NCBI GenBank assembly: GCA_028719205.1
Contig: JAQUKH010000011.1
Coordinates: forward strand, 1 to 63,586
DNA length: 63,586 nt
Source: a bacterium
GTDB lineage: Bacteria > JACRDZ01 > JAQUKH01
Direction: 5' to 3'
Part shown: positions 58,675-63,586 of the stretch, piece by piece
Numbering within the stretch: position 1 is the stretch's first letter
Layout of the letters: each line of letters starts with the position of its first letter
Translations under genes and position numbers: made by a program
The notes under the pieces: generated by a model
Database searches by the model: none
The model's input: only the letters and a program-made list of their open reading frames with translations
What the model was told of the DNA's origin: nothing

Positions 58675-59550
58675 ATGATAAACTTTGATATTGATAAAAG
58701 AATCAAAGACGCTTATGAAATTTTCAACTCATGCCAGCTTTGCCCAAGGGAATGCGGCTTAAACAGAAACGATGAAATACTGGGTTATTGCGAGACCGGA
58801 AAAGAATTAATAATTTCAAGTTCCGGCCCTCATTTCGGGGAAGAACCTGAATTAACCGGAACAAACGGATCAGGAACAATATTTTTCACGGGCTGCAACC
58901 TCGGATGCTGTTTCTGCCAGAATTTTGAAATAAGCCAACTGCAGAAAGGACAAAAAACCACGCCGGAAGAACTTGCCGGTATAATGATCTCTTTGCAGAA
59001 TAAAGGGTGCCATAATATTAATCTCGTTACTCCAACGCATTTCACGCCGCATATCATCCAGGCATTTAAACTGGCTGAAGAAAAAGGGCTTAAAATCCCT
59101 CTTGTCCATAATAACAGCGGGTATGAAAATGTGTCCACTTTAAAATTTTTTGAGGGAATAATAGACATTTACATGCCTGATATCAAATACGCGGAAAGTG
59201 AAACCTCCTATAAATTCGCACACGCGCATGATTATCCTGAAAAAATGAGACTCGCCGTTAAAGAAATGCACCGCCAGGCCGGCGACCTTGTTTTGGACGA
59301 AAATGGATTGGCGAAAAAGGGATTGATCATACGGCATCTTATGCTTCCGGATAAGATCTCGGAGACAGAAAAAATAGCTAAATTTGTCGCTGAAGAAATT
59401 TCAAAAGATACATACTTTAACCTGATGGATCAATACCAGCCTTACTATAAAGCGGCTAATTTCCCTGAAATAAACCGGAAGGTTACAAAAGAAGAACACG
59501 AAAAGGCTTTAAAACTTGTCCGTGCGACGGGGCTGCACAGAGGATTTTAA
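58675..59550 (+). CDS. PflX-like radical SAM protein
   Basis: CQLCPREC, HFGEEP, GSGTIFF.GCNLGC.FCQN, HNINLVTP, DIYMPD.KY, RHL.LP. Confidence 0.92.
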   Translation: MINFDIDKRIKDAYEIFNSCQLCPRECGLNRNDEILGYCETGKELIISSSGPHFGEEPELTGTNGSGTIFFTGCNLGCCFCQNFEISQLQKGQKTTPEELAGIMISLQNKGCHNINLVTPTHFTPHIIQAFKLAEEKGLKIPLVHNNSGYENVSTLKFFEGIIDIYMPDIKYAESETSYKFAHAHDYPEKMRLAVKEMHRQAGDLVLDENGLAKKGLIIRHLMLPDKISETEKIAKFVAEEISKDTYFNLMDQYQPYYKAANFPEINRKVTKEEHEKALKLVRATGLHRGF

Positions 59551-60578
59551 AACTTTATTGCCCTGCCGTCTTTAATGAAATAATCATTCTCCCAGCGAAA
59601 ACCAATATTTTTAGTATAAAATCCGGGTTCAAAAGCAAAAGCTACGCCGTCCCGGAATTTATGTTTATTAAAGATATTTTTTGACAGGGAAAGATTGGGG
59701 TAGATGTCATGCACTGCCGTGCCTATACCATGGCCGTAGGCATGCTTTTCATAAATATCAACCTTATATTGTTTGGCAATAATATTCATTTTTTCAGTTA
59801 ATTCGAAAGGGTATATTTTTGAAAGGTCCATTGATTCCATTTCCATGAACATCGCTTGCGCGGCCTTGTAAAATTTGTGTTCGCGGATATCCCCCCCGAT
59901 AAGAAAAGTTCTCGTAATATCCGAGGTGTATCCGTAAAAACTTACACCCATATCGATGATAAAAAACTCGCCGTTCTTTAATTTTTTATCCGTAGTCCTG
60001 ATAGGATGAGGATTAATAGCACGTTTACCAGATGCTGTGATCGTCTTAAATGAATTCTCCGCGTGCTTTTTACGAGTTTCAAAATATATAAGATCGTAAA
60101 TATCCATTTCTGTCACGCCTGCTTTTATTTCACTTTTTAACTTTTCAAGGATCTCAAAAGTGGCATTCACGGATCTTTGTATAAGCTTGAGCTCAGACAC
60201 GGTTTTGACCATGCGTAACGGGAAAATAACATCCTGCGCGGGTTTTAAAATAAACTCCTTTTTTAACTTCTTCAGCCATGAATATTTAATAATATCAAAA
60301 TTATAATTATCAGAATACTCAGCCAGTATAATTTTATTTTTTTTTGTGGCTTTTTTTATAAATGGAATTATTTCCGCGCTTGACAAATAAGCTATTATTT
60401 CGATCTTATCTTTTAACGCCGAAAGGAGGCTTGTCTCAATGGGAGATACAAAGGCGTATATTTTGCCGTTTGGAAATATCAATAAAAAAGCGGGAGCCGC
60501 GTGATCCGCCTGCAGAGTAAACATCCGGTAGTTTTCGTTTAACCCGTCGAAATTCGTGATCAATAAAGGCGACGACAA
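59547..60578 (-). CDS. M24 (Xaa-Pro aminopeptidase) family metallopeptidase
   Basis: IDMG....Y.SDITRT, H..GHGIG..VHD, FEPG, RWEND. The true start may lie further upstream (ATC 60638). Confidence 0.85.
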   Translation of the reverse strand: MSSPLLITNFDGLNENYRMFTLQADHAAPAFLLIFPNGKIYAFVSPIETSLLSALKDKIEIIAYLSSAEIIPFIKKATKKNKIILAEYSDNYNFDIIKYSWLKKLKKEFILKPAQDVIFPLRMVKTVSELKLIQRSVNATFEILEKLKSEIKAGVTEMDIYDLIYFETRKKHAENSFKTITASGKRAINPHPIRTTDKKLKNGEFFIIDMGVSFYGYTSDITRTFLIGGDIREHKFYKAAQAMFMEMESMDLSKIYPFELTEKMNIIAKQYKVDIYEKHAYGHGIGTAVHDIYPNLSLSKNIFNKHKFRDGVAFAFEPGFYTKNIGFRWENDYFIKDGRAIKF

Positions 60579-60622
60579 ATCAGGTAAAAGCTGCGATATT
60601 TTTTCAGCAAACGCCTGCCTTA

Positions 60623-61585
60623 CTATCTTTGGCTCGATGATATCCTCCTGAAACCGGAACAGGCAATAACATTCAGTTTTTCTTTTTTCTCAAGCGCGTC
60701 CAAAACAAGGTTAACGCCAATGGTATCTGAAGCCATATGCCCAGCAATAATAACGCTGATATGGCTCTTTTCAGCCTCTTTACGGTTATCATCGGAGATA
60801 TGCATGCAAATTATAGTTCCGACATCCGTATGTGAAAGTTTTTCATAAATATCCTTTGACCCGCTTGTTCCGCCTGTCATATCTATCATTACCCTGCCTG
60901 CCCTGTTTTTCTCGTTTCCGCAGACCGTTTTTAATCCGGTATTATTTTTTTCCGCCTCTTTATATTCCGGTATTTTTCTTAAAATATCGAGACAATCCGA
61001 CACGCGGTAAGGTTTTTCTTTGTCAAATATCTTCTGCAGATAATTCGTGACTGAATTGTCGGCCGGCGTATGAATACACATTAAAGGAATATCCAGCAGT
61101 TTTGCCATATCCACTGTCCGGGTATGGTTGGTCGGCAGTAATCTTCTCTGGACTTCAGTTATTCTCTCATTCATCAATGCCTCAGCAACATTGATCGGAA
61201 CTCCAAACATGTTAAAAATATCGGATTGCACTCCCATTACCTGATATAAATTTGCCAGCGCATACCCTTCAGGGTGATGCGATACAACGAGGTCGATCTT
61301 CTGCCCTTTTTGCTTTAACCTGTCCGCGAGCATGATCTCCGCACCTTCTATATCCACTCCGACAAGAATATTTTTCACATCAAGGCTGTCAGTTCCGTGT
61401 AAAATTCTTGTATCCGCGTAGGGATTAGTCAATTTTTCAAGGTCAAAATCTTTTTTCTTATCTTCCTTCAGGTCGTCATATTCCTTTTTCACCCGTTGTA
61501 ATTCTTTTTCAACTAGATCTTTTCCCCGAGGATCGCTCTTCTTCCCCTGATCAATGGCCATGGTATAGAATTCTTTTAATTTCAT
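60623..61585 (-). CDS. NIF3/NGG1p-interacting-factor-like protein
   Basis: NPYADTR, GVD, SHHPEG, HTPADN, DMTGGT, CMH, AGHMASD. Confidence 0.85.
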   Translation of the reverse strand: MKLKEFYTMAIDQGKKSDPRGKDLVEKELQRVKKEYDDLKEDKKKDFDLEKLTNPYADTRILHGTDSLDVKNILVGVDIEGAEIMLADRLKQKGQKIDLVVSHHPEGYALANLYQVMGVQSDIFNMFGVPINVAEALMNERITEVQRRLLPTNHTRTVDMAKLLDIPLMCIHTPADNSVTNYLQKIFDKEKPYRVSDCLDILRKIPEYKEAEKNNTGLKTVCGNEKNRAGRVMIDMTGGTSGSKDIYEKLSHTDVGTIICMHISDDNRKEAEKSHISVIIAGHMASDTIGVNLVLDALEKKEKLNVIACSGFRRISSSQR

Positions 61586-61588
61586 TCT

Positions 61589-62188
61589 TTATTCCCCTAT
61601 AAAATCTTCAATAGATTTATTATATTTCCCTAATTCTTTAACGGCTCCATTTTTCCCCGCGCCATTATCGCTGTTTAAGGTTTGATCAAAACTTTCGAAC
61701 CTGTTCCAGGAAAAAATGTCAATTATCAGGTTATAAACTTTTGGAGTATATACGGCAATAGGTTTTACTATTATTGTCTTTTTAAGTTCTTCTCTGTACT
61801 TGGGTATTAATGGAAATTTCATTAAACTTATTACAACCAATCCGGTAATAAAAAAACCTTTAAGGAATCCCAAAGCAGCACCGCCAAATTTATCCACCCA
61901 TTCTAAAAGCATCAGTTTAACAACATTCTGCAAAAACATCCCGCAAAAAAACATCAAAACATAAATAAATATCCATATCAAACTGAACGCGGCCGCCTTG
62001 CTGTTTCCGTATGACAGCCCTAATAAATTCCTAAAAATATCAGCCAGGCCGGGGCTAAGTTTTACCGCTACAAGCCCTCCGCCAAATATGCCGAATAAAT
62101 TAAAGGCCTCCCGTAAGAGGCCTCTAAAATATCCCCGTATAACAATATACAGGAAAAATACTAAAGCAATAATATCGAAAAGATGCAT
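61589..62188 (-). CDS. cvpA: CvpA (colicin V production) family membrane protein
   Basis: D........G..RGL.RE and DK.GGA..G..KG motifs. Confidence 0.85.
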   Translation of the reverse strand: MHLFDIIALVFFLYIVIRGYFRGLLREAFNLFGIFGGGLVAVKLSPGLADIFRNLLGLSYGNSKAAAFSLIWIFIYVLMFFCGMFLQNVVKLMLLEWVDKFGGAALGFLKGFFITGLVVISLMKFPLIPKYREELKKTIIVKPIAVYTPKVYNLIIDIFSWNRFESFDQTLNSDNGAGKNGAVKELGKYNKSIEDFIGE

Positions 62189-62202
62189 TGTTTATCCTCA
62201 GG

Positions 62203-62403
62203 CTATTCGTTTTCTATTGTCTCTTGTTCTTTTCTGATCTTTTTTAAAGCTGCGTAAGTCTTTCGCTTCTTTTTAACGCTAGGTTTCTCATAATGTTCGC
62301 GTTTTTTTATTTCAATCAGTAGGCCTGACTTCTCGCATTTTTTCTTAAATCTTCTTAAAGCGCTTTCCAGAGATTCATTATCTTTTATCTTAACTCCAAG
62401 CAT
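62203..62403 (-). CDS. rpsU: 30S ribosomal protein S21
   Basis: [21 protein letters not shown]. Confidence 0.96.
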   Translation of the reverse strand: MLGVKIKDNESLESALRRFKKKCEKSGLLIEIKKREHYEKPSVKKKRKTYAALKKIRKEQETIENE

Positions 62404-62483
62404 ACTTTTTTAGTCCACCTCCCCACTATAAAATAGTTTGGGATATTATAACACAGCTTTATCTAAATTCAAATAAAAAAATA

Positions 62484-62551
62484 ATCCCATACGAGGATAA
62501 CAATGACTAAAAGCGAATCCCGATAAATCGGGACCGTTTAAGTCAAGTTTA
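62484..62551 (-). repeat. 68-bp dispersed two-hairpin element, copy 2
   Basis: Begins at the hinT stop codon and is followed by a T-run on the minus strand; 63/68 identical to copy 1. Confidence 0.9.
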
Positions 62552-62890
62552 ACCCGGGGGCCAGTTCATCTTTCTTCCGCCTAAAACATGCATATGAATA
62601 TGATAAATAACCTGTCCGCTGTCGGGATTACAGTTAAAAACCAGCCTAAATCCGCGCAGGTCGATCTTTCTATCCCTGCATATTTTATTCGCGACTGAAA
62701 CCATATGCCCGATAAGTTTTTTGTCTTCCTCTTTAATATCCAATACCGTAGGAATGTGTTTTTTCGGAACAATCAGAAAATGCACAGGAGCTTGAGGATT
62801 TATATCATTGAACGCTATACATTCCTTATCATCGTGAATAATATCACTTTTTATCGTCTTATTAATGATCTTGCAGAATAAACAATCCAT
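62549..62890 (-). CDS. hinT: Histidine triad nucleotide-binding protein
   Basis: DCLFCKI, DINPQAPVH, HIHMHVLGGR, WPPG. Confidence 0.95.
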   Translation of the reverse strand: MDCLFCKIINKTIKSDIIHDDKECIAFNDINPQAPVHFLIVPKKHIPTVLDIKEEDKKLIGHMVSVANKICRDRKIDLRGFRLVFNCNPDSGQVIYHIHMHVLGGRKMNWPPG

Positions 62891-62905
62891 ATGTTCCTCT
62901 TGTTT

Positions 62906-63586
62906 TCACATCCAATCGAACTGATACTTAATAATAGATAATGCTACCAGTCCCGCTATCTCCGTACGGAAAATAGTCTTTCCTAAACTTACGGGTACCG
63001 CGCCGATCTTTTTAGCTGCATTTACTTCTTCACCTGTCAATCCGCCTTCCGGCCCTATAATTATAGCAATTTTTTTATTATTTGTGCAATTATTTAAAAT
63101 ATCCTTCATTTTCTTTGATTTTTCTTCTTCCCAGGGTATAAGTATCAGATCAAATCCCTTTAAATTACATACAGCGTCGCTAAATTTTTGGATTTCAGAT
63201 ACCTTCGGTAAAATTTCTATTCCGGCCCGTTGCGCCTGCTCTTTCGCGATCTTTTGAAAACGGCATAAAAGTTTCTGTGCCCTATCTTCATTTACACGGG
63301 GAATACTTCTTTCGCTTATAACCGGGATTATATTTCTCAAACCTAATTCAACACAATGCCCGACCACAAAATCCATCTTATCTTTTTTCGGCAGGCACTG
63401 GATCAGGGTTATTTCCTGATCAGATCGTATTTTTTCCCTGTCAATAATTCTCGCCTCAATATGTTTACCGAGAACGGACATTATTTTTACCTTAAATTTC
63501 TCCCTGTCATTGGTAACAAAAATCTCCTCACCGGCCGCACATCGAAGAACATGAGCTAAATGGTGGAAATTGACGCAGGATATTTT
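62906..63586 (-). CDS. rsmE: 16S rRNA m3U1498 methyltransferase (5' end outside window)
   Basis: Frame open to the window edge (..HHLAHVLR..); ELG, IGPEGG, SLG.TIFRTE.A. Confidence 0.93.
   Translation of the reverse strand, partial: KISCVNFHHLAHVLRCAAGEEIFVTNDREKFKVKIMSVLGKHIEARIIDREKIRSDQEITLIQCLPKKDKMDFVVGHCVELGLRNIIPVISERSIPRVNEDRAQKLLCRFQKIAKEQAQRAGIEILPKVSEIQKFSDAVCNLKGFDLILIPWEEEKSKKMKDILNNCTNNKKIAIIIGPEGGLTGEEVNAAKKIGAVPVSLGKTIFRTEIAGLVALSIIKYQFDWM

Noticed and set aside
1134-63559. Numerous 60-230 aa ORFs antisense to or nested in recognised genes (e.g. 1134-1769, 15183-15881, 44683-45378, 50102-50326)
   Set aside because: They fully overlap well-supported CDSs and lack motifs or SDs; the Cys-rich 50102 ORF is a by-product of the Ala/Pro repeat.

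Overview
AT-rich chromosomal window from what looks like an anaerobic diderm bacterium (ExbBD/TonB, TolC, Fe-S oxidoreductases); the taxon cannot be fixed from the sequence alone. About 50 CDSs are present: a partial TonB-like gene with exbD/exbB, a DUF58/BatA/vWA cluster, fadD, ribF, a frameshifted YwbE gene, type III glutamine synthetase, thrS with tRNA-Val(GAC), two ~1,300-aa beta-helix/Ig-repeat surface proteins flanking a RACo-type ASKHA ATPase, oppD/oppF split by a glutaredoxin/FTR pair, an ECF sigma/anti-sigma/Spy-CpxP/TolC/2xMacA/3xMacB locus, a NuoEF+FdhA-like complex lacking the catalytic Cys/Sec, a cytochrome P460-like gene, and the rsmE-hinT-rpsU-cvpA block. No transposase, integrase, prophage, CRISPR array or reverse transcriptase was seen. 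The most unusual signals are non-coding. First, short GC-rich palindromes have remodelled a duplicated tRNA-Val fragment, form the core of a 68-bp dispersed two-hairpin element with compensatory base changes, and may sit in-frame inside thrS. Second, an ANTAR-type dual-hairpin/terminator leader precedes glnA. Third, ~1 kb direct repeats flank the RACo gene, a 48-bp promoter cassette is duplicated, and several genes have a leaderless architecture. All alignments and folds were done by eye.
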